From contig CAWHCF010000050.1 of NCBI GenBank assembly GCA_963827655.1, positions 96,001-160,000 of the forward strand: a stretch of 64,000 nucleotides of DNA, given 5' to 3'. The stretch is from an uncultured Acidobacteriota bacterium (GTDB taxonomy: Bacteria > Acidobacteriota > UBA6911). Shown here piece by piece: positions 9,495 through 21,091 of the stretch. Each line of letters begins with the position of its first letter. The stretch's first letter is position 1. A model generated the notes under the pieces. The model was given only the letters and a program-made list of their open reading frames with translations, was not told where the DNA came from and searched no databases. Position numbers and translations under genes: made by a program.

Positions 9495-10943
9495 TTACGC
9501 GAGGATCTCGCGCACTACACGCGCCGGAAACTCGTCGGTGACTCGCTCGTGCCGTCCGTCTCGCTCGAAGAACAGGTCCCGGTGATTCAAGCCTGCCAGG
9601 TGGAGGATGGTCGCGTGGAAATCGTGCACGCTGACTCGATTTTCCACCGCCTTGTAGCCGATCTCATCCGTAGCCCCGTACACCGTGCCTCCTTTAACGC
9701 CGCCGCCGGCGAACCAGACGGTGAATCCGGAGGGTCCGTGGTCACGGCCTGCGCTGGCCCCCGGAGACTGCGCGATGGGCAGCCGGCCGAACTCACCACC
9801 CCACACCACCAGCGTGCTATCCAGGAGGCCGCGCTGTTTCAGATCAGACAGCAAGGCGCCGATCGGCTTGTCGGTTTTGCCGCAGGAATATTGAAGGTCT
9901 TTGACTATGTTGAAGTGGTTGTCCCAGATCTGCGTCTCGATGTAAATCTGCACCAGCCGCACGCCTCTTTCCACCAGCCTCCGGGCCATCAAGCATCTTT
10001 TCCCATAGGAAGCCGTCAGCTCATTATTCAGCCCATACATCTCGCGGGTGGCTTCGCTTTCTTTGGAGATGTCGAGCGCGTCGGTAGCTGCCAGTTGCAT
10101 GCGGGCAGCCAGTTCGTAAGATGCGATCCGCGCATCCAGGTCGGGCTGGTTCGGCCGCTGGGCGCGATGCGCCGCATCCATGCGGTGCAGCAGGTTGCGC
10201 GTCAGCTCTACCACCGGGCTCGGCGGCGGTTCCGACGGCTGCAGGTTCAACAGCGGCGCCCCTTCGGACCGGACCCGCGTGCCCTGAAAGACACCGGGCA
10301 GATAACCCGCCTGCCAGCTCTGGATGCCGTTGATCGGAAGTCCCTTGGGATCGTCCAGCACGACATAGGCAGGCAGATCCTGACTCTCGCTTCCGAGTCC
10401 GTAAACGATCCAGGCGCCCAGCGAAGGCCGGCCGGGCAGCATGCGGCCCGAGTGAATAATAAACAGCGCGGCCTCGTGCGCCAGGTGGGTCGTGTACATG
10501 GAACGGATGATCGCCATGTCGTCCACGTGCCGGGCGATGTGCGGCAGAAGTTCGGAAACTTCGATGCCCGCCTGGCCGTGCCTGGCAAACTTGAACGGAG
10601 AAGGCATCAGCCCGCCCGCCTCGCGGACGGCCCGGACCTCGCTCGTCAGATCGCGGCTCGGCGGCTGGCCGGCATGCTTTTCGAGCGCCGGCTTATGGTC
10701 GAACAGATCCACCTGGCTTGGTCCGCCGTTCATGAAAAGCTGGATCACCGCCTTCGCTCGCGCCGGGTGATGCGCGGGCTTGGGCTTGAGATCGTGGATC
10801 CGGGGCGCTGCTGCGGCAAGGCCGGGATCCGCGTGAACCAGATCCTTGCCGAGAAGGCACGCGAGCGCGGTCCCATGAAGCCCGTCGACAATCGAGGAAA
10901 AGAATCCGCGTCGTGTGGTTCTCAGGACAGCGTCAGTCGACAT
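9495..10943 (-). CDS. DUF1501 domain protein
   Basis: TRRGFF leader, FMNGGPSQVDLFD, ARRLVERGVR, WDNH, GEFGR, GRDH. Confidence 0.92.
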   Translation of the reverse strand: MSTDAVLRTTRRGFFSSIVDGLHGTALACLLGKDLVHADPGLAAAAPRIHDLKPKPAHHPARAKAVIQLFMNGGPSQVDLFDHKPALEKHAGQPPSRDLTSEVRAVREAGGLMPSPFKFARHGQAGIEVSELLPHIARHVDDMAIIRSMYTTHLAHEAALFIIHSGRMLPGRPSLGAWIVYGLGSESQDLPAYVVLDDPKGLPINGIQSWQAGYLPGVFQGTRVRSEGAPLLNLQPSEPPPSPVVELTRNLLHRMDAAHRAQRPNQPDLDARIASYELAARMQLAATDALDISKESEATREMYGLNNELTASYGKRCLMARRLVERGVRLVQIYIETQIWDNHFNIVKDLQYSCGKTDKPIGALLSDLKQRGLLDSTLVVWGGEFGRLPIAQSPGASAGRDHGPSGFTVWFAGGGVKGGTVYGATDEIGYKAVENRVSVHDFHATILHLAGLNHRDLFFERDGRHERVTDEFPARVVREILA

Positions 10944-13872
10944 AGAGAAACTCCGCCGAGTTCAAGACAGTGTGGCAGAAACCAGCCATCGCGAGCCACC
11001 GGGCTCGGTACGAGGCCGGCTCGGCCGGCTTCTCGGCCTGGAGCTTGTGCTCCCAGGCCTCCCGCAAGCCCTTGATGGCGGTGATAGCGGCGGCCGCCTC
11101 GACGTCCGAGGGCCGGCGTGAAAGCGCCGCCAGGTACACGCGCTCTACCTGCCGGGCCAGATCCTCACCGCCGGCATCGATGACACGGCCGGCCATGTAT
11201 TGCGCGCTCTTCACGGCCAGGTCGCTGTTCATCAGTTGCAGCGCCTGCAGAGTAACCGTGGACTGACCGCGCTTGATGCAGTTCGGGTTCAGCAATGGAG
11301 CATCGTACACTTCCAGCACCGTGACGGGGCTGGAACGCCGCTGCAGGAGGTAGATGGCCCGGCGGTAGCCTTGCGCGGTCGGCACGCCAAACACTTCGCC
11401 ATCGCCCTTGCGATCGATCTCAGCCGGAGGGCCGAACGGAGTTTCGTCGAGCCGGCCGGTCACCTTCAGCAGGGAGTCATGTACGGCCTCGGCATCGAGC
11501 CGGCGGAACGGAAACCGCGACAGCAGCCGGTTGTCGGCGTCTGCCGCATGCCGGGTTTCGTCGTACCGCGAACTTTGCCGGTAAGCGTTTGACGTCATGA
11601 TCAGGCGGTGAAGGTATTTCATGCTCCAGCCCTGGCGTACAAACTCGGTCGCCAGCCAATCCAGTAACTCGGGATGCGTCGGCGCCAGACCCGCCTTGCC
11701 GAAGTTTGCCGCGCTGGCCACGAGGCCGGTTCCGAAGTGATACTGCCAGACCCGGTTCACCAGCACCCGCGTCGTCAACGGATGATTCGGCTGCGTCAAC
11801 CAGCGCGCAAAGGCGAGGCGCCGGCCGCTCGTGCCACTCTGGTGCGCGGGCTTCTCGACTTTGTAGGCGGGCAGCGCCGCACTGAGCACGGAGGGCGGCC
11901 CGGGCTCGACCAGCGCGCCCGGATTGTTGACATCGCCGCGCAGCAGGATCCGGTTCGGAGTCGGTTCCCCGCCCATGTCGAAAAGCGCTCGAATCCTGGG
12001 AGCCGGCCGCAGCTTGGCTCTCTCGGCGGCGATCTTCGGTTGGATCTGCCGCGCCAATTCACGGTAGTCGTCGAAGCGATTCAATTCCTGGCCCGAAACC
12101 TCGAGCGCCGTCTTGAACTTTTCCACCAGGTACTTCTGCAGCTCGGTCCGCTTTTCCGCCGGAGTGTCGGCCGCTTGCTGTAGATCCTTTCGAACCTCCG
12201 CCGGCAGTTTCTCGAGCTTCTCCGCTCGAAGCTTCAGGCGCAGCGGCGCCGCCTTCGCGTCCAGCGTCTTCTGGAGTTCTTCGATCCGCTGGTTTATGGG
12301 CGCGTTGTGGATCTCGTTCTGACGCTCTTCTTCCGGTGCATGGTAGGCGACGTCCCGGATATCGTCGTCGCCACACTTGGCGCCGACGCCCAGGCATCTG
12401 TTCGGCACCCGCCAGTCGTACGGATCGTACGCCGTCTGGAGAATGGCGCTCAGGCGATAGTAATCGCGCTGGGGAACCGGGTCATACTTGTGATCGTGGC
12501 ACTGGGCGCACGCGATAGAGAGGCCGAGCACGGCCGTCCCGAGAGTCTCCATCTCGCCGGCGACCGTGTCGTGCCGGTCCGCCAGAAAATTCTGCTCCGT
12601 GCTGTAAGTGGAGTCCGGAGCCATGCGCAGGAAACCGGTCGCCACCAGTTTCTCGGCTTGTTCCGGCGTGTATTGCTTGGTCGCCTTATAGTCAAACATT
12701 TCATCGCCTGCAATCTGCTCGGTCAGGAACTGATCGTATGGCTTGTCGCTATTGAGAGCGCGGATGACGTAGTCGCGATAGCGCCACGCATGCGGGCGGA
12801 TCGTGTCGGCCGAAACCGCGCCTTCCGAATCGGCGTAGCCGGCCGCGTCCAGCCAGTACTTCGCCCATCGTTCTCCGTGCCGCGGCGATTCCAGCAACCG
12901 GTCGATCATTTTCTCGTAGGCGTTGGGGCTTCGGTCCGCTTCATAGGACTCGATCTCTTCGGGCGCAGGAGGCATACCGATCAGGTCGATGTAGGCGCGC
13001 CGCATCAACACCAGCGGATTGGCCGGTTTCGAGAACGTCATGCCCTTTTGTTCCAGTTGCGCGAGAAGGAAGGCGTCCAGCGGGTTCCGCACGAGGGTCG
13101 CCGCGCGCACAGAAGGGACGGCCGGCCGCGCCGGAGGCCGGAAAGCCCAGTGCTGCCGGTCCTGGGCGCTCACCAGCGGATCCGAGTCAGGGCGCACCTC
13201 GATCGGCTTTTCGTTATCCGGGGGCGCGCCGGCCGCAATCCATGTCTTCAATTTGGCAAATTCATCATCGGTCACTCCACGAACCGAGTACTGCTCCTGG
13301 AGCTCCGCCGGCGGCATCTGCTGCCCGCCGATTTTCTTCACGATCAGGCTTTCATCCGGTTTTCCCGGAACCATCGCCGGTCCCGACTTCCCGCCGCGCA
13401 GCAGGCTTTCGCGGGTGCGCAGATCGAGGCCGGCCTGTTGCGTGCGCCGGCCGTGGCACACGAAGCACTTCGCGCCCAGGATCGAGGAGAACACGTCGCG
13501 CTCGGACACGAGCCGGGCAGCTTCTCGCTCTCCTTGTTTCAAGGCGCCCGCGTCGATCCAGCGCCGGAGCAGGGCAATCTCCTGCTCATCCAGTTTCGCC
13601 CCGCCCATCGGCATCTTGCCGGAATTGACCAGAGTGAGCAGGATGCTCTCGGCGGGCCTCCCTGGCACGACGGCAGCACCCGTCTTGCCGCCGCGCAACA
13701 CGTCGTCGCGGGTTTCGAGCGAAAGGCCGCCCTGCCGAGTGCCGGCGCTGTGGCAAGCAAGGCACCTGGTTTTGAGGAGCGGAAGAATGTGAGATTCGAA
13801 ATGCAATGGCGAATCGGCCGAGAGCAATTGCCAGCCCAGCAGCATGAGCCACGTGGTGGGGATGGAGATCAT
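10933..13872 (-). CDS. DUF1549/DUF1553 protein with two planctomycete-type cytochrome c domains
   Basis: [39 protein letters not shown]-terminal EFLYVD. Confidence 0.92.
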   Translation of the reverse strand: MISIPTTWLMLLGWQLLSADSPLHFESHILPLLKTRCLACHSAGTRQGGLSLETRDDVLRGGKTGAAVVPGRPAESILLTLVNSGKMPMGGAKLDEQEIALLRRWIDAGALKQGEREAARLVSERDVFSSILGAKCFVCHGRRTQQAGLDLRTRESLLRGGKSGPAMVPGKPDESLIVKKIGGQQMPPAELQEQYSVRGVTDDEFAKLKTWIAAGAPPDNEKPIEVRPDSDPLVSAQDRQHWAFRPPARPAVPSVRAATLVRNPLDAFLLAQLEQKGMTFSKPANPLVLMRRAYIDLIGMPPAPEEIESYEADRSPNAYEKMIDRLLESPRHGERWAKYWLDAAGYADSEGAVSADTIRPHAWRYRDYVIRALNSDKPYDQFLTEQIAGDEMFDYKATKQYTPEQAEKLVATGFLRMAPDSTYSTEQNFLADRHDTVAGEMETLGTAVLGLSIACAQCHDHKYDPVPQRDYYRLSAILQTAYDPYDWRVPNRCLGVGAKCGDDDIRDVAYHAPEEERQNEIHNAPINQRIEELQKTLDAKAAPLRLKLRAEKLEKLPAEVRKDLQQAADTPAEKRTELQKYLVEKFKTALEVSGQELNRFDDYRELARQIQPKIAAERAKLRPAPRIRALFDMGGEPTPNRILLRGDVNNPGALVEPGPPSVLSAALPAYKVEKPAHQSGTSGRRLAFARWLTQPNHPLTTRVLVNRVWQYHFGTGLVASAANFGKAGLAPTHPELLDWLATEFVRQGWSMKYLHRLIMTSNAYRQSSRYDETRHAADADNRLLSRFPFRRLDAEAVHDSLLKVTGRLDETPFGPPAEIDRKGDGEVFGVPTAQGYRRAIYLLQRRSSPVTVLEVYDAPLLNPNCIKRGQSTVTLQALQLMNSDLAVKSAQYMAGRVIDAGGEDLARQVERVYLAALSRRPSDVEAAAAITAIKGLREAWEHKLQAEKPAEPASYRARWLAMAGFCHTVLNSAEFLYVD

Positions 13873-13934
13873 CTGTTACTCTCGAAGTACTCCAATACCA
13901 TTAAGACGCGAAGACACAAGAAAACACCCAGATC

Positions 13935-14339
13935 TTACTTCATCCCGGCCAGGTGCGACCAGTTCGATAATCGGTAGCTGTCAACGGCGAGCTTCTCGAC
14001 GGAGCCTTCGGCCACCAGCTTATCGAGGCGGTCCTGGAGCTTCCGCGATTCCCACAGAAACTCCCGCAGTCCCGCCACACCGAAGCGAAGCTCACCGGGC
14101 TGTGCGCGCTGCATATTCTGGATCTTCTGGAGAAGCCGCTCGGCATCGCGCGCGCGCACCCAGGCTGGTTCGGTCAGGCCCGCCCTGCCTGAGTCTCGCC
14201 GGGGCGGACCGGGCCCATCCGTCCAGAAAGGTGGAAAAAAACCGATCTGCCATTCGGACAGTGCTCGCTGCCGATTCGCCCGGGAGGGCACGAATAGCCG
14301 CCGGCACGTGAAGCGCGGGCCGAGAGTTTGCGATAGCAT
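13935..14339 (-). CDS. Hypothetical protein or gene fragment
   Basis: 134-aa ORF, no recognisable motif; 5' end abuts a MITE-A end. Confidence 0.35.
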   Translation of the reverse strand: MLSQTLGPRFTCRRLFVPSRANRQRALSEWQIGFFPPFWTDGPGPPRRDSGRAGLTEPAWVRARDAERLLQKIQNMQRAQPGELRFGVAGLREFLWESRKLQDRLDKLVAEGSVEKLAVDSYRLSNWSHLAGMK

Positions 14340-14360
14340 GGACCTGGGCGACGGGTCATT

Positions 14361-14575
14361 GAGACCGTCGCAAGCCCCTCAGTCGCGTCCCTTGCCTGTA
14401 GTGTGGCTCGGGAGCAGTCGCTACGCTTGCCCGTCGGCGACATGTCCTTCGACCCTTGTCAGCGCAAGTAGCGTAACCATTCGTGATCGGACCATTACAG
14501 CCTTAGAGAGTTCTGTGTGCCCTTCGGGGGCCGGACGGGCTTGATAGCCCGTCCGCACATAAACACGGCGACTCT
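14361..14575 (-). mobile_element. MITE-A copy, one TIR intact
   Basis: GAGACCGTCGCAAG at 14361, GTAGTGTGGCTC, and reverse hairpin CGGACGGGCTTGATAGCCCGTCCGCACAT (14532-14560); other end degenerate. Confidence 0.65.
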
Positions 14576-14629
14576 GAATCGCAAAAACCGATAGCGATCA
14601 TTGACGCAGCCGCATACCGGGATGTAGCC

Positions 14630-15988
14630 TTGGTTGATTTTCATCGAGCGGCGTCAAAGAGAGCGATGCGTCACGCGGCTACAAGATCTGCAGAGATTCT
14701 GGAACGGAACCGGAGATACATTCCGGGAGGCGTGGTTTCGCTGAATCGTGCCACGGACCCCCAGATTGTCTTCGTCAAAGCGCGGGGCGCGATTCTATGG
14801 GACGCCGACTCCAACGAATACATTGATTACCACGCCGCCTTTGCGCCGCATTTGCTGGGGCATAACGATCCTTCCGTAACCCAGGCGATAATGCGCGTCC
14901 TTGCCGATGAAGCGAGTCTGTACGGGGCCGGGACCAATGAGCTGGAGGGCCGCCTTGCGGAGTTGATGTGCGAGCACGTGCGGGCCATCGAGTCAGTCCA
15001 GATCGTCAACAGCGGAAGTGAGGCGACTTATCAGGCTTTAAGGCTCGCGCGGGCCTGGACCGGGCGGGACCACATTATCGTCATGCAGGGCGGCTACAAC
15101 GGCTGGCACAACGATGTCGCCTGCAATCTCATGACTCCGCTGAGCCAGCTCGGACCCAGATGTTCCCCCGGTGAGTACCCGTATATCGGGATCAGCAGCG
15201 GCGTGCCGCGAGAACACCAGCGTTTAGTGCATCCCATCAATTTCAACGATCTCGACTCGGTAAAGTATGTCTGCGAACGTTATGAGGTGGCGGCTCTGAT
15301 CACGGAGCCGATTCTTCAGAACGTGGGCGTGATTCACCCGCTGCCGCGGTATTTAAACGGATTGCGCGAACTGGCCGACCGCCATGGTTTCCTTCTGATT
15401 TTCGATGAGGTGAAGACCGGTTTCCGCCATGCGCTCGGCGGTTATGCGTCGATCGCGGGCGTAACGCCCGATCTTGCTGTGTACGGAAAGGCGCTCGCGA
15501 ACGGCTACCCGATTGCGGCCATTGGTGGGAAGGCAGAGATCATGAATCTTTTTGCCCATCCCGACCTGTCCAGGCGCGTCTTGCTGGCGGGGACCTACAA
15601 TGCGCATCCGGTTCCAACCGCCGCCGCCATTGCCACAATAGAGCGCCTGGCGGCGAACGGCGGAGAAGTCTATGCGTATCTGGAGCAGCTCGGCGCCTTG
15701 ATACAGGGAGGCATCGAGGAGATCCTGCAAAGACTCGGACTCGAAGCCGTGGTGGCGCGGCAGGGTTCCGCATTCTGCATCTATTTCATGGACCACCTAC
15801 CGGTCGACTGGCACGACCTTGCCTCTCATCACGATTTCGACCGTGATCTCGAAATGCGCAAGAGCCTCATCCGGGGCGGCGTCTACTTCTTTCCCCAGGC
15901 AGTAAAGCAAGCGTCGCTGTCCTTTGCCCACACGCGCGCGCACCTCGATTACACCCTGACCTGTCTCGAGAAGGCGCTCGGCAATTGA
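14630..15988 (+). CDS. Class III PLP aminotransferase (glutamate-1-semialdehyde aminomutase-like)
   Basis: IPGGV, NSGSEAT, LIFDEVKTGFR, YGKALANG (PLP Lys), AGTYN. Confidence 0.9.
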   Translation: MVDFHRAASKRAMRHAATRSAEILERNRRYIPGGVVSLNRATDPQIVFVKARGAILWDADSNEYIDYHAAFAPHLLGHNDPSVTQAIMRVLADEASLYGAGTNELEGRLAELMCEHVRAIESVQIVNSGSEATYQALRLARAWTGRDHIIVMQGGYNGWHNDVACNLMTPLSQLGPRCSPGEYPYIGISSGVPREHQRLVHPINFNDLDSVKYVCERYEVAALITEPILQNVGVIHPLPRYLNGLRELADRHGFLLIFDEVKTGFRHALGGYASIAGVTPDLAVYGKALANGYPIAAIGGKAEIMNLFAHPDLSRRVLLAGTYNAHPVPTAAAIATIERLAANGGEVYAYLEQLGALIQGGIEEILQRLGLEAVVARQGSAFCIYFMDHLPVDWHDLASHHDFDRDLEMRKSLIRGGVYFFPQAVKQASLSFAHTRAHLDYTLTCLEKALGN

Positions 15989-17289
15989 CAGGCGCTGAAG
16001 ACACGAACGGCCCTCCCGAAATCACCGGCTTCTCGAGGACGCAGTGGACCATCGTCGGCCTGCTCTTCTCGATGATCGTTCTGAATTACCTGGACCGGAT
16101 CGTTCTTTCCATCGTAAGTCCCGTGATGCGCCAGGAACTCGGCCTGAGCGAGGTCGACTACGCCTGGGCTTTGAATTCCTTCCTGCTGGCCTATGGAGTC
16201 ATGTATCTCGGTTCCGGCCTGATCCTGGATCGGATCGGTTCGCGCGCCGGGCTGGCGATTTTTGTGGCGGTCTGGTCACTGGCTTCGAGTCTGCATGGAC
16301 TCACAACCGGCCTCTGGTCGCTGGTGATGTTTCGATTTGTTCTGGGGCTCGCCGAGCCCGGCGGCTGGACCGGCGCCGTCAAGTCAGTGGCCGAGCGCTT
16401 CCCGACGCGTCAGCGCGGTCTGGCTTCGGGCATCTTCACCTCCGGCGCAGGTCTGGGCGCAATCATCGCCCCGCCCCTGGTGGTCTGGCTGAGCCTTCAC
16501 TATGGCTGGAGGACAGCATTCTGGATCTCGGGTGTTGCCGGAATATTGTGGGTGCCGGCGTGGCTTGCATTCACGCGCTCGGGAACTGAGTTCGTGGCCG
16601 CGCCGCGTTCTGGACTTCGAATCCGCGAGCTGATCTCGGATCGCAGGGCGCTGGCTTACTGTGTAACGCGCTTCTTCGGCGACAGCAGCGGATACTTCTT
16701 TCTTTTCTGGTTACCCGAATACCTGGTGAATTCGAAGCGCTTCAGCCTGGCTGAGGTCGGCATGCTGGCATGGATTCCTTTTTTGTTTCAGGACGCAGGG
16801 GCGATTCTTGGCGGCTACTGGAGCGGCGGCCTCATCGCGCGAGGGCGACCGCCGCTGCGGGCTCGCAAGATCGCGATGACCCTGGCCGGAGTATTCGTGA
16901 TCCTGGGCACGCTGCTCCATTCCGCTTCCTCCGCCCCTGTCGTCATCCTGTCGACGAGTCTCTGCACTTTCGGCGTCGGCGTGTGGGCTGCCAACATGCA
17001 CTCGGTGCCCATGGACGCTTTTCCGCACTCGAAAGTTGCCAGCGTGCACGGGCTCGCGGGCTCGGCCGGCGCGGCCGGAGGAATTGTCTTCAATTGGATT
17101 GTCTCTAGTTTCACGTCTCAGGGAAATTACGGGCTGGCCTTTCTGGTGCTGGCGACGCTTCAGCCGTTTGGCGTCGCAGCGCTGTGGCTGGGAATGCCGA
17201 GCTCCCGAAGCAACGCCACACTCCGTTCGCTCAATCTCGAAGGAGCGCCTCTTGCAGCAACTCGTGCGGTCCGAAAACGATCATGTTGA
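15985..17289 (+). CDS. MFS transporter (ACS/ExuT-like)
   Basis: LNYLDR, LDRIGSR, FRFVLGLAE, YGWRTAF, WLPEYL. Confidence 0.9.
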   Translation: MTGAEDTNGPPEITGFSRTQWTIVGLLFSMIVLNYLDRIVLSIVSPVMRQELGLSEVDYAWALNSFLLAYGVMYLGSGLILDRIGSRAGLAIFVAVWSLASSLHGLTTGLWSLVMFRFVLGLAEPGGWTGAVKSVAERFPTRQRGLASGIFTSGAGLGAIIAPPLVVWLSLHYGWRTAFWISGVAGILWVPAWLAFTRSGTEFVAAPRSGLRIRELISDRRALAYCVTRFFGDSSGYFFLFWLPEYLVNSKRFSLAEVGMLAWIPFLFQDAGAILGGYWSGGLIARGRPPLRARKIAMTLAGVFVILGTLLHSASSAPVVILSTSLCTFGVGVWAANMHSVPMDAFPHSKVASVHGLAGSAGAAGGIVFNWIVSSFTSQGNYGLAFLVLATLQPFGVAALWLGMPSSRSNATLRSLNLEGAPLAATRAVRKRSC

Positions 17290-17375
17290 AGACCGGGTGA
17301 GAATACTTCTGGCTGTGAGAAACAGGAGTCACTGTGGCATCGCCCCGTTTCTAACGAACGGACCCTTTCCTTAGC

Positions 17376-17443
17376 GTTTCTTCGTGTCTTCGCGCTTGGT
17401 GGTATTTGTTCCGCAGACCTGACCACGAAGACGACAAGAAACC
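17376..17443. repeat. Octamer-arm intergenic hairpin repeat
   Basis: GTTTCTTCGTGTCTTCGCG...TATTTGTTCCGCAG...ACCACGAAGAC; reverse complement nearly matches 30988-31041. Confidence 0.75.
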
Positions 17444-17444
17444 G

Positions 17445-18252
17445 TCAGGGCTTCTCGGCCAGAACCTGATCGAGCGCCTGGTCCAGCGCCGAATTGAACC
17501 GGACCGGGTCCTCCAGCATGGGATAGTGGCCGGTGCCCGTGACGATGATCGCGCTGGAATCCCGGCATATGGCGCCGGTTGACCTCGACATTGGTGGGGA
17601 ACTTGTCGGCGTTGACCGCGCGGATCGGCGCCTTGATCTCGCGCAACGCGGGCAGCGGGTCATAGGTCCAGGACTGACGCAGCAAGGCGATCGAGATGCC
17701 GGGATGCATCGCAGTCGCGTGGCGGAGCACCCGTTCGCGCACCGCCTCCGTCGTGCTTGGCGTGAACAGGTACTCGGCTGACATCTGCGTCACCGTCGTC
17801 TTGTAGTCGGCCTGGAGCTGACTGGCGATGGCTTCGACTTCCTCCGGAGACGAGCGTTGCTCGACGTCGAGCAGCGTGTCGATCAGCACCACTCCCTTCA
17901 CGCGTTCCGGCATCCGTCGCGCCGCCTCCAGCACCACCGGGCCCCCCATGGAGTGGCCGATGAGCACGACCTGACTCGCGTTCACGGCCTCGACCACTGC
18001 CTTCACGTCCTGGCCGAAGGCGGCCATCGTCCACTGAGCGCGCTGGCGGCCTGATTCGCCGTGGCCGGCGAGGTCGAGGGTTACCACGCGATGCCGGGCC
18101 GCGAGCGCGGGCACCTGGCCGTCCCACAGCCGGCGATCCAGGGCCCAGCCATGGACAAGCACCAGAGTCGGCCTGCCCTTGCCGTGAACCTGGAAGTGGA
18201 TGGTAGCGCCATCATCCGAGCGCGCCGTGCCTCCGTTGGTATTCTGGTTCAC
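17445..18252 (-). CDS. Alpha/beta hydrolase, frameshift near 17557
   Basis: LVHGW, DLAGHGES, GHSMGG; GTGHYPMLEDP C-terminus in another frame. Confidence 0.85.
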
Positions 18253-18285
18253 GAGTCGCTCCTCCTTGCACCAAAGTGCGCTAAG

Positions 18286-18357
18286 TGTTCTTCGTGTCTT
18301 CGTGGTTAGCGCTGCGAAACAAATACCACAAAGCCACTAAGACACGAAGAAACACCA
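18286..18357. repeat. Octamer-arm intergenic hairpin repeat
   Basis: TCTTCGTGTCTTCGTGGTTAGCGCTGCGAAACAAATACCAC...AAGACACGAAGAAAC. Confidence 0.75.
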
Positions 18358-18391
18358 GGAATCCGTCGGGCTTCGGTGTAGGCTAAACCGC

Positions 18392-19294
18392 GTGCTTTCA
18401 TTGCAGTCGTCACTCAAGCCCCGAAGCTCCAATTTGAGCGGCATCGTCGCCATGCTGGCCGCAGTCGGCCTGTTCGCGCTGATGGACGTCGTGCTGAAGC
18501 TCCTGGCGCCGCGCTATCCTCCGCTGCAAGTGGCGGCGTTGCGAGGCGCCGCATCGCTGCCGCTGGTGGCGATCTGGGTACTGTCCTCGGTGGGCCTGGC
18601 TTCACTGTGGCGGGTGCGTTGGCCCTTGCATCTTCTGCGTGGCGCGCTGGGCCTGGGGATGATAACCAGTTTCACCTATGCCTTGCGCTCGCTGCCGCTG
18701 TCGACCGCCTACACATTGTTCTTTGTCGCGCCGCTCTTGATCACGGCGCTATCGGTGCCTGTTCTGGGCGAGCGCGTGGGGCCACGCCGCTGGAGCGCCA
18801 TTGCGATCGGCCTGCTCGGCGTGTTGGTGGTGTTGCGGCCCAGCGCTGAGGGCATGGTGACCTGGGCCGGGCTGGCCGTGCTGGTCGCGGCGGCAGGTTA
18901 TGCTTTGTCAGCGATCACAGTTCGGGTGCTGTCGCGCACGGATAGCACGCAGAGCATGGTGTTCTGGTTGTTGCTGATGATCGGTCTCGGCGCCGGCGCG
19001 TTGGCCGCTCCGGGCTGGGTGCCGATCCAAACAAGTGATTGGCCTTTGATCGCCGCCCTGGGCCTGTCCGGCGCCCTGGGTCAAGTCGCGATCACCGAGG
19101 CCTTCCGCCGCACCGAAGCTTCAGTGAACGCGCCGCTGGAATACACCGCGCTGGCCTGGGGCGTGGGCTTCGACGCCATGCTTTGGGGCGTGCTGCCCGA
19201 TCGCATCACCTGGCTGGGCGCGGCGATCATTGTCGCCAGCGGCCTGTATTTGATCCGCCGTGAGCGCGTGCACGCCGAGGCAGAGCATCCTTAG
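18392..19294 (+). CDS. DMT/EamA family transporter
   Basis: About 10 TM helices; LGERVGPRRW, APLEY motifs. Confidence 0.9.
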   Translation: MLSLQSSLKPRSSNLSGIVAMLAAVGLFALMDVVLKLLAPRYPPLQVAALRGAASLPLVAIWVLSSVGLASLWRVRWPLHLLRGALGLGMITSFTYALRSLPLSTAYTLFFVAPLLITALSVPVLGERVGPRRWSAIAIGLLGVLVVLRPSAEGMVTWAGLAVLVAAAGYALSAITVRVLSRTDSTQSMVFWLLLMIGLGAGALAAPGWVPIQTSDWPLIAALGLSGALGQVAITEAFRRTEASVNAPLEYTALAWGVGFDAMLWGVLPDRITWLGAAIIVASGLYLIRRERVHAEAEHP

Positions 19295-19443
19295 AGACTT
19301 CGTATTACACGACTGTGAAATCTTGTTTTTAGCGCAACCTTTTTTTGCCACGAGTTGCAGCACGTTGATTAGAAGCCCAAGTGCTCGAAGTAAAACGAAT
19401 GTCTACTTCTCTCATCCAGAAACCAGCAACGGCGTTCGCCAAA

Positions 19444-19474
19444 GCTGATAGCTGACCGCTGACAGCCGATAGCT
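19444..19474. repeat. Heptamer tandem repeat (GCTGAYN)x4
   Basis: GCTGATA GCTGACC GCTGACA GCCGATA GCT. Confidence 0.7.
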
Positions 19475-19549
19475 CAGCGCGGCCAGGCGTTTTTGATCAT
19501 TTTTGGTTGCGGCCTTCCGGGCCGCGCTGTGTCTTAGCGGTATTTGTGG

Positions 19550-20992
<1,443 letters not shown>

Positions 20993-21091
20993 TGCGGCCT
21001 CCTCTCTTGGAGCATTGCGAAGTTTTCGTTCCGGTTTCATGATGGCGTTGCTGACCGCTCCGCTTGCCAGGAGATTACGTCCCCGAGTCTG

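Noticed and set aside
14630-15988. hemL assignment
   Set aside because: GSA-AT-like, but coupled to a sugar-acid-type MFS with no tetrapyrrole genes; symbol withheld
19444-19474. Heptamer repeat as a marker of a four-helix-bundle gene cassette
   Set aside because: Only four units and no associated ORF; listed as a simple repeat
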